DNA of 60,804 nucleotides, filler included, from Sphacelaria rigidula (Eukaryota), in the NCBI GenBank assembly GCA_964200075.2. It is 10 parts of 10 records of this genome, joined end to end, with 100 filler letters (N's around TTAATTAATTAA, not from the genome) between each part and the next. Parts side by side here need not be neighbours in the genome. Positions count along the whole stretch, not along the records: positions 1 to 5,991 come from CAXNAA020022968.1; positions 6,092 to 12,082 come from CAXNAA020022969.1; positions 12,183 to 18,173 come from CAXNAA020022970.1; 7 more parts are not named here. One strand, written 5' to 3'. The notes beneath the pieces were generated by a model, which made no database searches, was not told the DNA's origin, and saw only the letters and a list, made by a program, of their open reading frames with translations. Positions 1 through 13,782 of the stretch are shown here, piece by piece. Position numbers and translations under genes: made by a program. Position 1 is the stretch's first letter. Each line of letters opens with the position of its first letter.

Positions 1-204
1 GTAATCCTGGCGCACTCTCGCATGTTTTCATAAGTCGTGTTTTGGATGAGAGAAGCGGCTCCTAACAATTTCAACCTCAGAAATTATTTTTGCACCCCTA
101 TCGTAGCACCACTCAACACGGTTTTTTTTTTGTACTATATATATATTCATAACAGCAGACCGCGTCTTCCTTCTACTACTACTACCGTAGCTGTGCTTGC
201 CCTG

Positions 205-428
205 TTTTTGTCTATCGCGAAAAGTGTTCAGTGGATCCTTTCCCTCGTTGACCCTGCAAGATCGACTTTATGCACCCACGACGTGGTGGCCGTTGTCAAC
301 TGTAGGGCATGATGTGAGAAAAAAATACCACAGATCATGTGACTTCACCGATGATATTCGAACCCACGTCCGAAATGCATCAGAAGAAGGTATATCGAGG
401 ATACCAGCTGACTGAGCCACACACGGGA
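205..428 (-). mobile_element. tRNA-derived SINE family A, diverged partial copy
   Basis: Reverse complement has TGGCTCAGTCAGCTGG (A box-like), GGGTTCGAATA (B box-like) and the family body GTCGTGGGT...GGTCAACGAGGGAAAGG seen at 14304 and 18754. Confidence 0.7.
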
Positions 429-2204
429 AACAAATAACATTACTCACGCCTACCTTCTGTCTGAAATGTTGAATGACCATTGGGACGATTCACTGGCCAA
501 GGTCTCAACACAAGGTGCGTGCGTGCATCAGCGGATCACGCCTCACCTAGATCGCTGGAATGAAGACGGCGGACGAAATGTATGCGTTCATCTAATACTA
601 AATAGAATGGGAGGGAGTACTGCTCCAAGTTGGACGGAGGGTGACGAGATTGAAGGGAAGTTGCTCACACCCGGCATATAAATAAGACGGGGGAGTGTTG
701 CTTCAAGATTGGACGAAACGGAAGTGTCCAGCCAGGTACGCGACGAGATGGAGAAGAATTTGTCCACACCTGACTGAGTCGTGACACCCCGCCACCCTGT
801 CCCAACCCACCCGCCGTGTGGTGTTATGAGTGAGGGCCTCTTGTGCTCACGCTATAAAATATGATGTTGTTTGGTAAAGCACGCACGCATGCATGCATGG
901 ACACGATGCTGTCTGTGAACAAAAACAGGACGTGATGGTGCTGAACGAGCGAACGCAGCAATCATGCTCATCACGATGATGAGGGGACCGGTGGGTATAC
1001 TAAACGAAAACAGTGATTGATTGGTCAATCTGGGACGGTTCATATTCTTATTCTTATTTCGTGGCCAACATCACAGCAACAGCAATGACAGTTACAACAA
1101 CAACAGCCAAATCCCCCCACAAAGATATATAAGCTGACAATGCCACACGCAGATGGATAACTACTAACCGAGCTCGAAATACACCGGCCGGCGAAACAAA
1201 ACATGGATCCCGCATCATCATGCTGACCGCCGAATCAGAATAGAAATCGGGAAAAACTCGTCTGAGATAATTATCACTGAATAATACAAATGAGTGAACC
1301 CGACCCGGACGTCATGCAGCAAGCAAGCTGTCCACATAAGGGAGATATATCTCAGACTCGGGGGTTCCCGGTATATTTGACAGTAAATTGCTGCGAAATA
1401 GCTCTCTCCCTCTTTATATATATACTGGGAACCGCGAGCTTGAGGTACCCCTAATAACCTATCGACACGCATCAATTACCGGGGGCCGATTGCTCACGTA
1501 CGAAGATCTCACATACTCCAGCGGAAATCAGGCTCAAACACGTATATCAAGGAGATAGAACGGCGGAAAAATACCTACTCCCAGCTAAAATAACAATGTA
1601 AGCGCACTATCGCAAGTAGTCTCACACTTCGTATGATAATTTCCGATTCTTGAGTATTCTTTATAGCGATGCAGTGAGACAGGAAAACCAGAAAGCCACG
1701 TAAAAAGAGCGCCCACACACCCGCACTACTACTGTACCTTTCTGTTTTTGGTATAATAACGCTTTTTGTGAGTCAATACAAGTAAACGAACAGAAGACCT
1801 GAGGATTCTGAACTGGTCTGCTGCTTCGAGACCAAGCGGCAAAGGTGATTCATTTATTTCTTGAATAAGGAAGGGACGATCGTTACTTATGAGAGATATT
1901 TGATGGGCCCCAGTGTGCAACCTCAGACAACCTTTTGGCGTAAGTGCACCCCTGCTACTACTACTGGCAACACACCGTATTGGTGTTGAGCAGATCGTGA
2001 CGATCTCTTCTTCTCCATCGTTGCTGCACGTATGAGCTTCAAGTCTGTACAGTCCCGCTCATTCAGCAGGCCAAATCTGGAGAAAAGGTTACGACCTGGT
2101 TCACACGAAGAACACGCTGTTACATGTGGAATAATCAGTGTTCGTCAGAACGGACTCCACTACTACTCACCCTCGTAGTCAGCACTGACTGAGTGGCTCA
2201 GTGC

Positions 2205-2820
2205 TAAAGTTCATTTTCTGACGAACAAAAGAAGTGTTTTTGAGTTCGTACTCTCGGCGTCTTCTCCGGATTGCCCCTCGCCAACGCTGCAGCTGACACG
2301 GTCCAGTGCCACTACCGTCTTTCCACGACACCGGGAAAGATCCTTCCTCGACAAGAGGAAAAAAAATGATCACGCTGACTACTTGGTCTACAGTGCGGCG
2401 TGGAATTCCCTTTTCCGTAGAAGTGACCCCGAGTTCGATTCTCTCTCTCAGTCAGTGTAATCACTTCTTCTTTCCCGCAGACGTGGGAATATATATGTAT
2501 TTTTCATTGCCACGAAGATTTCAAGATTCTCCCTCGACAATGATGGGAAAGAAGGTGATCACACTGAGAATCGAACCCCGAGTTCTCGGGTTCACCTGTT
2601 GTACCGAGAAGGCAATAATTCCACCACTTAACCAAGGAGTCAGCAAGATGATCACTTCTTCTTCCCCATAGTCAGTCGTGGGAATATATTTCTCATTGTC
2701 GTGGAGAGATTTGTAGACGAACTGAAAGTCGTTAGGTGCAGCGCTGGCGAGGGACAACCCGGAGAAGGAGGCGCCGAGAGATGGGAACTAAAAAGCACTT
2801 CTTTTGTTCGTCAGAACAAA
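2205..2820. mobile_element. Foldback/MITE-like element with ~90-bp imperfect inverted arms and internal direct repeats
   Basis: 2217-2298 (TTCTGACGAACAAAAGAAGTG...CCCTCGCCAACGCTGCA) is the reverse complement of 2731-2820 (TGCAGCGCTGGCGAGGG...CACTTCTTTTGTTCGTCAGAA); CCTCGACAA...TGATCAC is duplicated internally. Confidence 0.65.
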
Positions 2821-3552
2821 CTCCACGTTTCAGCCACTTCGTCAGCGCTAACTGAGTGGCTCAGTCGTGAAGTTCGTGCTGACGAACAATCAGCTGACGA
2901 TCGCCCGGTCGGAGGAAAACCATTTTTCGTTGTTTTACTGATCGCCATCATCAGCGTGGGTCATTTGGGGCTTACTCGCACTTTCCGAGTGAAACATATT
3001 CCGACCATCAACCGATACCCTATACACCTTGACGGTTGGAGGGTTCACGACGGAAAGCGGTGGGAGGGGGGTTCGGCTGTGCACGCTTTAAAGTATACTC
3101 TCGGGGCATTTTCTACGGTAGCCCCTCCTGTCCCCCCAAATAAATGGGGAGGCGATATCTACATGTGAAACGAAACGAAAAAAGCCGAGCACAACGAGCA
3201 GCTGGGAATTCCCGCGCTTGGGTTCGTTTTCGCCAATGTCATACACATGAGGTGCTTCATGCATCCTGAAACCAAACAAAAGGCCCTGTATGCACATTTT
3301 CCGTGACAGTTTTGGGCTGGTTTTTTAGTGGGGCTATCGTAGAAAGACTCTCATCCCCCCCCTTGTGTTTTATCTGGAGAGATGCACAGCCGTTCCCCCC
3401 CGATGACCTTGGCTCCATTGTTTCCACTATTTATTATTATAGCAGTTGATTTGTGATTAGTAAGAGAATGATAATGGGAATTCCCAATAATAAGTTCTCC
3501 TTTGCTCGTTTCATCATGCAGTTTGAAGCGCGCACAGCTCGTTGATTGAGTA

Positions 3553-3635
3553 GGGGGGTTCGATTCCCGGAGCGATCTGGAATCTTTTCTCACACCATGC
3601 CCAACAGTGGAGAGCGACTATGTCGTGGGTACGCA
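3553..3635 (+). mobile_element. SINE family A fragment (B box and start of body)
   Basis: GGGTTCGATTCC followed by GATCTGGAATCTTTTCTCACACCATGCCCAACAGTGGAGAGCGACTATGTCGTGGGTA, matching the copies at 14304 and 18754. Confidence 0.65.
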
Positions 3636-4099
3636 TCGCTTGCTTTCTGTTCTGCAGTTAGGAATTACTTTCCGCTGTTGTTGTTCATGAGAGTGACCAT
3701 ACAACATGATAGTGGCGGCTGCTTGCGCTGCTCGCATGACTCTCCCATGAGATCCAGGATATATATAGGATGTGAGATGGATGAAGGGTATGCGATACAA
3801 AAAGCCGTTTAGCATGAAACCGCCCTTTCTCCATTTATTTAATTTTGTCGTATCGAAAAAAGTCGAAAGTTTCGATAAGTACCCCTATCGTTTAAGGACA
3901 TACCGCTCCTTTCGTACACAGGAACGTTGTCGTCAGTTATGGTACAAAAGCAGTACTAGCGCCCATCCTTGGAGAAGTACCCCAACAGGTCCATATCAGG
4001 GCTTGAGGAAGTTTTGGGAGAACATCGAGGTCAGATTATCATCGCCCTACCAGTTTTTCTACTTTGCATATTATACTGGCAAGGGTGAGGGCATATTGA

Positions 4100-4295
4100 A
4101 GAAGTTGACTAAACTCTTTGTCCGCCGAAAGAAGTAGCCTTAATCGTCGTCACCACTGCAAGATGTTGACTTTAGCCTTTCTTTGACCACTGCAAGAAGT
4201 TGAATTAACCCTGTCACCGCCGAAAGAAGTTGGTTTACCCCTGTCACCGCTGGAAAAAGTTGACTCAGCCCTACCACCGCCAGATTGAGTTGATG
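4100..4295. repeat. Degenerate ~30-bp minisatellite (about 6 units)
   Basis: Recurring GAAGTTGA.T.A.CCCTGTCACCGCCGAAA-like unit at ~30-bp spacing. Confidence 0.7.
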
Positions 4296-5023
4296 ACTCA
4301 ATTCAAGACCCATATAGGATGGGCCATAAACCATCATGAATGATGTTCAATCGACACCGGGCATGCCAATATTTACTTTTTGGAGGTGAAAGAAAACTCC
4401 AGATCACCCACCCTGGCGCTCAGAGGGTTGACTGCATGCGCTGAAAAAAAATCGATCGAATACGTATGAGCTAAAAGCAAATAAATATATATATATATAT
4501 ATATATATCATCATATTGAAGATTTTTCGGTACCACAACGGGTCCCCTCACCCGGCCCTTGCATGACTCTCATTTGCCATGTATGGGGTTAAACACGAAA
4601 ATCGTGCGCGTTGTTGGCCGGAGAGTAGTAGCGTAATAAGCACTCTAAAAAATGTAAGGAAATATTCAAAAATGCTGTATTTGCAGACAGCTTATCATTC
4701 GAAAGGACGACAAGTGCTACTATTTACTTGTCGGCCACGAAAATATTTATCATATTTCCCAAATTGGGCCAGTAAGCGGTGTCAAGGGGTAGAACCGTCA
4801 ACCGCTTGGACAATGAAGAAGACGTGGTGGGCTATGTGAGAATTCACGTTGTTAGCCGAAAGTATTCTCTTTTCTGTCGATTGAGCTTTGTGAAGGATTA
4901 CTTGGAGGAGCAAGACCAATTTTTTCTTGCGCTTCGGGCGTTACCCTCAGACAACGAGCCTTGCCTCGGAACAGTTTCACCGGCTGGCAGTCGAGGGACA
5001 TCCGGGGGTTTCTGTGAAGAAAT

Positions 5024-5148
5024 CGGTTGACTGCTGTTAGCTTTTGTTAGGATACCGGTTAACTGCTGAGCTACAGTAGCTACTGCAGTTAGTCAGCGCT
5101 GGCTGATCAGGTCACTCAGCAGTCAACCGGTTTCTTAACAAAAGCTAC
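5024..5148. repeat. Palindromic hairpin-forming repeat
   Basis: CGGTTGACTGCTG...CAGCAGTCAACCG and AGCTTTTGTTAGGATACCGGTT...AACCGGTTTCTTAACAAAAGCT; related motif at 5382-5422. Confidence 0.6.
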
Positions 5149-5991
5149 AAGTTCGGGGGATCCGTCGCATGACCCCGAGCACTCGCACCCCACGGTTGCT
5201 ATCCCTGTAACCAACGCTGTTCAGTTTTACCGGTAGACTGCGACCGCACCCGGTGTTCAACATCCAAGTCAAGTTCTCAAGCAGCTTTTTTTTTCTTTCG
5301 GCCGCACCCGGTGCTCGACATGGAAGAAAATATATACTTTGTATATTTTTTGCTTGCGCAGGGATTCGAACCCGAGAACTCAGCTTTGTCAAGAAACCGG
5401 TTGGCTGTCGGTTTCTTAACAGTTTCCGGGGAAAGGTGAGGGGGTCGTTTTTGAGAGCGGGGTGGGGGCCCTCTCGTAGAATACCCGAAAAGTTCACCAA
5501 GTCAACCATCTGTGTTCAGTGGAGAGTTATAGCACACCGACTGTTTCTTGCCGTTGTATCCAGCGAAGGCATAGTATAGAGCGCGCATACTGAGTCTGCA
5601 TGAAATTGACTGCAGGGTCGATATCGATCAGGGGTGCGATTGGGGACCTATTTTTTCATGTGCCCCGAATAAATGTGGCATTTAGTCCACCTGAGTCCAT
5701 TTGAGGGGGGTTCGCCGTCTAGGGGTTGAGGTGGAACATACACCAAAGAGTAAATGTTTCATTCCGTGTTGTTGTTGTGCACCTCTACCACCGTGGCACC
5801 GCTTGGCGCTGTTCTGTTTCCTCCTCATCTCTCTCCATTCTGGCTTATTCCGTACATATTGGGTGTAATAATAAACCTATATACTGCGACAAGGACGAGA
5901 CCCGAAGCGGATCAGTTTACAGTAGTCAGCGTCAGAAGTATGCAGAATCCGTAATTTGTTAGTTTCTCAAAGATTGTCCAAATTTGTTTTG

Positions 5992-6091
5992 NNNNNNNNN
6001 NNNNNNNNNNNNNNNNNNNNNNNNNNNNNNNNNNNTTAATTAATTAANNNNNNNNNNNNNNNNNNNNNNNNNNNNNNNNNNNNNNNNNNNN
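5992..6091. other. Artificial contig linker (N44-TTAATTAATTAA-N44); identical linkers at 12083-12182, 18174-18273, 24265-24364, 30355-30454, 36445-36544, 42535-42634, 48625-48724, 54715-54814
   Basis: Nine identical 100-bp spacers whose 12-mer gives stops in all six frames; intervening blocks are 5991 then 5990 bp (length-sorted contigs). Confidence 0.98.
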
Positions 6092-6099
6092 CTCGTCCG

Positions 6100-6149
6100 C
6101 GCACATACACCACCCGGTGTAGACGCGCGTCCAGAATAAATGAGATGAC

Positions 6150-6186
<37 letters not shown>

Positions 6187-6192
6187 GCACAC
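6100..6192 (+). mobile_element. SINE family A 3' end with (CA)n tail
   Basis: GGTGTAGAC..GCGTCCAGAATAAATGAGATGACAACACACA matches the family A 3' terminus. Confidence 0.75.
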
Positions 6193-7764
6193 ACGAAGGG
6201 GACTGGGCAGAAAATGTCGGAGGGGAGGTCTGAGTCCGAATATCATTGTTTCGGTGCGTACGTGTGTCCATTATGTAATGCACTCCCAAGAGTTATCACT
6301 TGAAAAGCACTGCGGTCTGGACAGAGGCAGTCAAGCTGCATCGGACTGTCCCTGCCTGCCCTCGGCGGTACATCACTCGCATGGTACTCGCAGCAGCAGA
6401 AGAAACACCGCGCGACCTCAGTGCTTGATAGTTTGCACATGGATATAGAGACCAGATTACTGGAAGTATCAGCTGAGGTCTTGTACTCGAAATGGATAGA
6501 TATACTACGTCAAGACCGCAAATCCAGTAGCAGCGGGGACGCGCCGAGTACGGAGGAGTCGAGCACATTCGTACATTTTTGCCACGTACGTCCAGCATCA
6601 CATTTGCCCATATTTGCAGTCACGGGTTTGTTGTGTGCGAGTGCTTCATGACAGTCTCCAGTGCAAACCCCCGTCATAGTAAGCAGTACCACCTGCTACA
6701 GATAAGGCACAACAAGGCACCAGAACAACTACACACCGAGTCCCGAAAAAAAAACGCACAGACATCCGATCCACGGTTCACGCGCAGTGACTCTGGCGCT
6801 AGGCTTTGCTCATCTACACATCGCAGTCTTGGAGGGAAATCCGTTCCGTATAGGAGGAGAGGTGGTCGCGTGCGTGTCAAGTTACAACCAAAAACACGCT
6901 GTTGCTCACTCTGTGTGTGCATATGCTATGCGCACGTCTCACACCAATCATGGTTTCTCATCGAATTCCCATGATCATGAAGGAAGGTTGTGCACAGCGT
7001 GCTCAGCTGATGAGCGGCTACTAGTCGAGCTGTAGGCTTCTGACTTTGGGGAGCAACGCGTTCCTCAGGTGACTCTCTGAAAATGTTGGGCTGCGCGGCA
7101 GGTCTTTGCATGTGTCCCCGTCAACGGGACATGCATGTTTCCCTTCGAAGTGTACACAAAAGAAAAATGCAATAGAAGGATTTCAGAGAGCGTTCCTTTT
7201 AGCAGCAAGTATTTTTCTCATTTCCTGAAGTTACTCCACGAAATCATTCTTGCATAAACGATTTTGGGGCACTCTTCCGGTGGGGGTCGTATCACAGCGA
7301 CCAATCAGAGGCCGTTTTTTCGAACAAGGTTTTTGAATAACCATCAATCGTCTCCGATACGACCAACGGTTATGGCAGTCACCAATCTCAATTTGTACGC
7401 AAATCGGGGGACCCAAAATCGGGAAACACATGCTAAGGACCCCAATCTAGGCCAAATGGGGGAAGGGGCATCGAGAAGTGACAATTTGAGAACGACTATT
7501 TCCGAGTTAAATCGGGGGAAAGCTGAGGTCTCCCCCGATTTTGAGGAAGGCGACGTACGTACGTTGACGCACGATGGCAGGATGGCACGGCAAGAGAACT
7601 TTGAGATTTTTGCTACCGCAGCAGCAGACAGTCTCGTGACAGCGCAGGGCGTGTCTTCTCGCGCCAGCTACTGAAGCAGCTTCGCACGGAGTTTGACAAG
7701 CGGATAGTAAGTGTCGACGCCGTACCCTGCGGCGATGGCAATATTATATGCTGCATTGTCGCTG

Positions 7765-8090
7765 CGCCCCGGTGGTGTAATGGTCCTACCATCTCCATTA
7801 GGGTGGAGAAAACTAGGGTCGGGTTCCCGATGCGTTGGGTTTTTCTCCGTAATGTCTGATTTCCACCGTGGAAAGTGCGAGAACGTGAGCAAACAAAGTA
7901 GTCGACTGAGGTTGCTCGACGTGAGTTGACGCGGTGCGGGAGTGCTGATAGTCATGACCCAATCCGCGAGACCAAAATGCAAGTCGTGTACCGGGGGAGA
8001 AATGGGGTGATCCCTTGAGACCACAGGCTCATCTCCAGTAAGGGAAGGGGTTCAAAGTGCGACATAATAATAATGATGATGATGATGATA
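7765..8090 (+). mobile_element. tRNA-derived SINE family B, near full length, (TAA/TGA)n tail
   Basis: A box-like GGTGGTGTAATGG; body homologous to the reverse complement of 13790-14060; ends AAAGTGCGACATAATAATAATGATGATG. Confidence 0.7.
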
Positions 8091-8436
8091 GCAGTGCGCT
8101 GCCGTATGTATCACCATAGCGAACGGTGCTGTGCTATCCTAGTCTGTTGTCGCTGTACTTGTAGGGTGATGTATGGCACTGCACTACTGAACTCTTCTCG
8201 CACACTGTTTGTTCACAGTTCTCGCAACACCGACTGTGCCATCATGTACTACCACACGGTATTATTATGTACTGTAATGATGGCGTGTCTTGCACCGTAT
8301 TACCCTAGGGCACCACGGTACGACACTGTACTCGAAGGATTATGCACCGCTTTGCCGCTCTTCGGCTTCAGAAGTACGTGATACCGCACTCATGCAGAAA
8401 ATGACTGTCCGTGCACAGAACTATCTCAAGGGCAGG

Positions 8437-8600
8437 TCGGGTAGGGTACGTACTTTTGAAAGCTCGGGTAAAATACCCGGGTGTTTACTCTACCCAAGAT
8501 TTGGGTATATTGAGTACGGCCTACAATACCCTACCCAAATTTGGGTGGAGCACTCTCAGCAATACCTGAGTATAGAGTATCAGTTGGGTGTGGCTTCAAT
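8437..8600 (+). repeat. Dispersed repeat rich in TACCC/GGGTA motifs (second copy 9338-9475)
   Basis: GTCGGGTAGGGTA...CCGGGT.TTTACTCTA.CCA...GCACTCTCAGCAATACCT is shared by both copies; probably a non-autonomous DNA transposon end. Confidence 0.65.
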
Positions 8601-8846
8601 ACCCTACCCAGAAATTGGATATGTTAGGTACGATTCCAATGCTACACTCAAATATTGGATAAGGCCGTGTCTTGGCTCGTCATTTTTCGATGGAAAAAAA
8701 GTGCGCTTCATTTTTCGCGACTCGGGTCCATGCGAATATGTAAGCTTTCCAACGGAAAGACTGAAATTCGTGAACTGGTACTTGTTCGCTTGTCTATAGT
8801 ATATAGCAGTACTGTACGGTCTGCGCTGAACGCGTACTGTGTGGCC

Positions 8847-8848
<2 letters not shown>

Positions 8849-8902
<54 letters not shown>
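8849..8902. repeat. (GT)n microsatellite
   Basis: Perfect dinucleotide run. Confidence 0.97.
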
Positions 8903-8907
<5 letters not shown>

Positions 8908-11900
8908 ATTCGTACAGTAGGATGCGAAATAGAAGCGGGCAACGTGCAGTGCAGACAGCGCGGGACTGTCGTTACGCTCTGCCTACGGTGCGACGTGAAA
9001 GAACTTGAACAACGTACAGTTGTGTACTGCCTGCAGTCCATTAGTGTACGCATGTGTACGCACGTCGATCGCCCACTTCACCACGAAAGGCGCGTTTCAA
9101 GATTTCGCCAAGAAAAAAGAAAACACATCACATCCAACTACTGCAGTGTTTCTATCCACATGCTCGACTCGTGCTCTATGCTGCAGGGTTGCAGTGGTAG
9201 CCGAGAATGAGACGTGTGGGGTTTTTGCATCATTCCGTGAACGGATGGTATCTGGTGTGGTAGTCTGCCAGCTGCGAGTCAAGTGCCCCCTTCATACCTT
9301 TCCTCTGCATGTTTTCGATCGAAAAAGTCAAGTGCAAGTCGGGTAGGGTATTTACTTAGAATACTCGAGTTAGATATCCGGGTATTTACTCTATCCAGGG
9401 TGGGGTGGGGGTAGATAGGGTTCGGCCTCTAATACTTTACCCGAATATTGGGTAGGCACTCTCAGCAATACCTTGTGTTATCGTATGACTTCAATACTCT
9501 CCCCAAATTTACGAGTGTTGGGCGAAGTCCAATTCAGATGTGTTACATTTTCCGTCAGATTCAGGTGCTCTGTGAAACCCAGGGATGGGCTTGGGAGAAA
9601 AGGCGAAAAAGTCGGCCAGGTACGGGTATACCTATCGCGTTTTCCGCCACAAACAGGTATACGACGGTGTCGGCCAATAACATGGCTAGAAATCTGACCG
9701 GCTTGCGCTACTCGTTTACCATGTACCCGAGTCTGCCGGATACGTCCAGATATACCTAGATCTGTCGCAGTGTTGTTTCTTTCCAAAAATATGGAGGCGG
9801 TATTTTTCGAGATTAGGCGCCCCAACACAGCAAACATGGCGTCTGATGATGCTGATAGTTGGCGTATATGTGGATTGAAGCCATACGTAGGTGTTGACGC
9901 AGCAGTTTCGGCGACCCAAGGAATTTTGCGCGCTGCGTGGCTTGATAAGGTGGTGGTGGACGATGCGATGGTGATTCCGAAAAAGTGAAACACATTCTAA
10001 TGACAATTCTAGAGGGTAGCGTTATGAGATCCGCGCGGAGGTAAAAGGAGATCTTGCCATCCCTCTTGTTTACGTTGGTCCCGTGTCGGTCGAGGCTGGC
10101 ACGAAGACGGCAAGTAATCACCAGTTAAGGTTCTCCATATGTTAGAGACAGATGCCCTTGGGTTTTATACGCCGTGTCGAGCAAGACACGGTCGCACAAC
10201 GTGGCCAAAGAGAAGAATATCTTCTGCCAAGGACGACGGCGGACCTGGTCGGGCACGGGGCAACGTCTCCTCCCTCACAGTGCCAAACTTGGCATGGCGG
10301 TCACCACGACGGTCTTAGAATGACAGGAACGGTTGCTGCAGTTTTCATTCATCAGAATCAACCGGATATTCTTCGGTGACATGCTCCCACGTGAAGATAT
10401 CTACCCTTCTCTGTCTGGCGCGTGATCGCCGGTTTGCGGAGTTTTCACTTGTTTCCAAAATAGGACAGAGTGCGTGTAGCAGTTTGAGTTTTTTTTTCCA
10501 TGGATGGATCGCGGGCATTTTAGCCCTGCCGAGGCGTGGTTCGCATCGTACAGTCAGTACTACAGTTATAGGGGTGAAATGGGGCCGATTTTGGGTACTA
10601 TATTCCGGGAAAGTGTGCATCGAAACTTGTCTACAGTAGAAATGAAGCTTCAATACTGTAAGTCAATCAGTATCCGTCACAAGTACACGCGTCACCTCGG
10701 AATAACGACTTGACTCGTATGAAATGTACTTAAAAATAGTACATTCCTCCAACTCTTTTGGAAACTTTTGACGAATTTTGTTTTGGTGAATCGGGATTAT
10801 TTTGAGTTGAAAATGACTGAAAATGATGCCCATTCGCGAAAACAAGAATCGTCGATGGGTTCGAAAAGGGTTAATCCTGTGACTGACGTTGCTGTACATC
10901 CGTACACAGGGTCACACCAACGGGAGGAAAGAAGCTGCTGCTCGTGTTGTTTTTGTGCCCCTGTTGTTGCACTTTGTTGTTGCGCCAATTTTTTACCGCC
11001 GATTTCTCAGCAACAAAGCATAGGATTGGACTGCGGTTTCTTGCGCACGCTTGCCACACACTCAAACTAGGGAACCAAACGAGCAATTTCCTCAACGCGT
11101 GACACAAACGCTGCACCGAACCAAATGTGCTAATGATTTTTTTTTACTTATTGGGGCTTTTGGGGTCCGCTGTGGCGAATTGAGCAAATCGCTTACTTGA
11201 TCCCCTAGCTGTTGTGTGTGTGTGTGTGTGTGTGGAGGGGGGGGGGCTGTGATGTGCCACAGGCCGGCTTGCTTCCTGTGTCGAGACAAACGTGACGAAA
11301 GTGCTACAGCTGTCGGATACTCCACCAAGTTGATTAGGGATAAAGGGTGTGTCCGACTCGGAACAGCTGAGAACAGCTGATAACGTGTTTTATTATTCCT
11401 CGTCGGGTTTTTTTTCTGCCTAGTTTGTTTTGGTCGTTGTGGCATTCATTGAGGACCGACACCCGGATGGGCAGGGTGATTCATGTACAGATCGAGCTGG
11501 AGGACATTGAAGGAGATTTGCTCGGTTAGGAAATCCATACCTGTTACGGGGGAACATTGTTAGGAGGGACAAAAAACGCGCAAGACAAAAATTCAAAAAA
11601 AAATATGTGACTGATCATTTTAATCATACCCGTTTACACGACATTTTCATCTGCAGTTTTTAGACAAAACCAAAGGGAGGACATGTGTAGTGATATACAT
11701 TGGGCACACCGTGCAAAAGCTGGCAACTGTGGCTTTCCAACGATGGTGGTCTCGTCCTCAGGCGTATCGTACAACATGCAAGAGGTCATGTTGATTCTGA
11801 CAGCACTGTTTCTTGTACGGGGGGAGGAACGCCGTCCCCACACCCCTGAAGAAACACGCAAACGACATATCGATGAAAACCTTGGGATGTGACCGAGGGA

Positions 11901-13782
11901 GCTCTCGAAACTGTTTTTCAAAATTTGAAAATGCGCTCAAGATATGCCCAACTGAAGTGAGGGTCTCCAGATCACAGCGTGACCCACAGCTATGCCCCGC
12001 AAGAGAGGTAGGGAAACAGCAGCGCCTCCTGGCACTGCTCCAAAAGTGGCGAGAAGAGACAAACCATATGTGTACATAAAGANNNNNNNNNNNNNNNNNN
12101 NNNNNNNNNNNNNNNNNNNNNNNNNNTTAATTAATTAANNNNNNNNNNNNNNNNNNNNNNNNNNNNNNNNNNNNNNNNNNNNCTCACCCCCCCCCCCCCC
12201 CCACCCCTTCCCGTGTTCCCCCCCCCCCTCTCTCCCCCTCTTTTTGTCTCCCCCTCCCCCCCCCCCCCCCCCCCCCTTCCTTCCGCTCCCCCCCTATCAT
12301 AGCATCACTCGTGAGGCCGCGTCGAAATAAGTGAACCGTGGCTAAATAATGAGTCTTGGAAACGTCCCGAGTGCGTCAAAACCGCTCCAGGGTCAAGACT
12401 TACAGAGCGGACGAGCGACTTTCGGGCAAACTTGAGAACCACCTTGTGGTCATCGAGGGGCATGCCGTGAACACGCAGCGTCGATTCTCTTCACGTGTGT
12501 TCAATCCTGCCTCTGCGTTCATTCCGCGAAAAATGAGGAGGCGTTTCGTTTCTCGGTTACAGCAGCGGCCTGTTGAAAACCTGACAGTTCCGAGCCGTCG
12601 GAATTTCGGCGGCAACGCTGACCCTAACCCTAAGTTTCCAGCCACGGAAGTCCATCCCCCGAACCAGCCCCAAAGCTGCAACGTAGAAAGTGGCCATACA
12701 GCGCGTGATAGCTGGTTTCAGACTGCATGGAGCGCCTCATGCGGGCGACATTGGCGAAGACGATCCGAAGCGTGGGACTCCTCAGCTGCTCGGTGCGCTC
12801 GACTTTTGTTACTTTTTTTTTTCACATGTATAAATTGCTTCCTTGAGCCTTTTGGGACCCCTTGATGATTTTTGTTCTTGTATATCGGCATCATTTTGAC
12901 TCGAAATTCATGTCAAAATGAAGCCGATATACAAAAACAAAAACGTCAATGGGTTCCAAAAGGGGGAGGGGGGGGGGGAACGCTGTCGCGGCATTACTCA
13001 AGGATGTTACATACATCTAGCATGTGATTTCGTTCGTGTTGCGGCACTCTACTGGATGCAGGATATACCGAAATATTATTTGTCATCCCCCCGAATACTC
13101 AATGCTCAGAATTATAAGTCTTCTCGAGAGGAGGAAACTATTATTACGAGTTTTTCAAATCAACACTTTACCGGTCCCCAAATCGGGCCTACTCGCTCAC
13201 CACACCGCGTATAGAGACGCCTTGACTGATGAACTTCGTCGAACCATTGCGGTCATAGGCACATGCACCGTGGCGCTTCAGTCTCACGCCTGCGCAATTC
13301 CTCGGCTGCTGAGTCCGTGACAGACAAGCTCTCGATCGATTTCTTTTTATCTACAACATAAATACTAGGTGAGTCAAAATCCCCCTGTAAAAACCGGCGA
13401 AGCAATACTTGCAGCTTACCCGGCAACTTCGCCACCGTTGTTTCAGACGGCAACCGAATGATGTATTGAGTTCAATTGCCTGAACATGGTATACACTGTC
13501 AAGTGTTCAATAAAAGACAGAACACTTTCCATTAACATTCATGCCCAGACGCATGGAGGGGAGGGGGGCAGGCTAAATATCAGAAATCATGCTGGGACAC
13601 GTCTTCAAAGTTCCGAATTGAAATTGGCTCTCGGCTGTTTAGAGACTGTTACTGGACTCGGAATAAGATTGCGCCCTGTCGGTCATATGTTGACAGGTGT
13701 CGACCGTCAGTCATAAATTGGACTAATGTGGTAACCGATGAGCGGGAGAGATTAGTAAGTTGCGAAATTGCCTGGGGACCAC

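Noticed and set aside
4100..4295. 30-bp repeats as a CRISPR array
   Set aside because: Units are directly adjacent and degenerate, with no unique spacers and no cas genes; eukaryotic context.
8604..9210. ORFs with CVCV/THTH or poly-T/V runs (also 6040, 18869, 27342, 43786)
   Set aside because: Translations of microsatellites.
12183..12295. Poly-C/poly-G tracts (also 18090-18122, 18330-18358, 55563-55588) as G-quadruplex elements
   Set aside because: Located at contig ends or gaps where homopolymer sequencing artefacts are likely.
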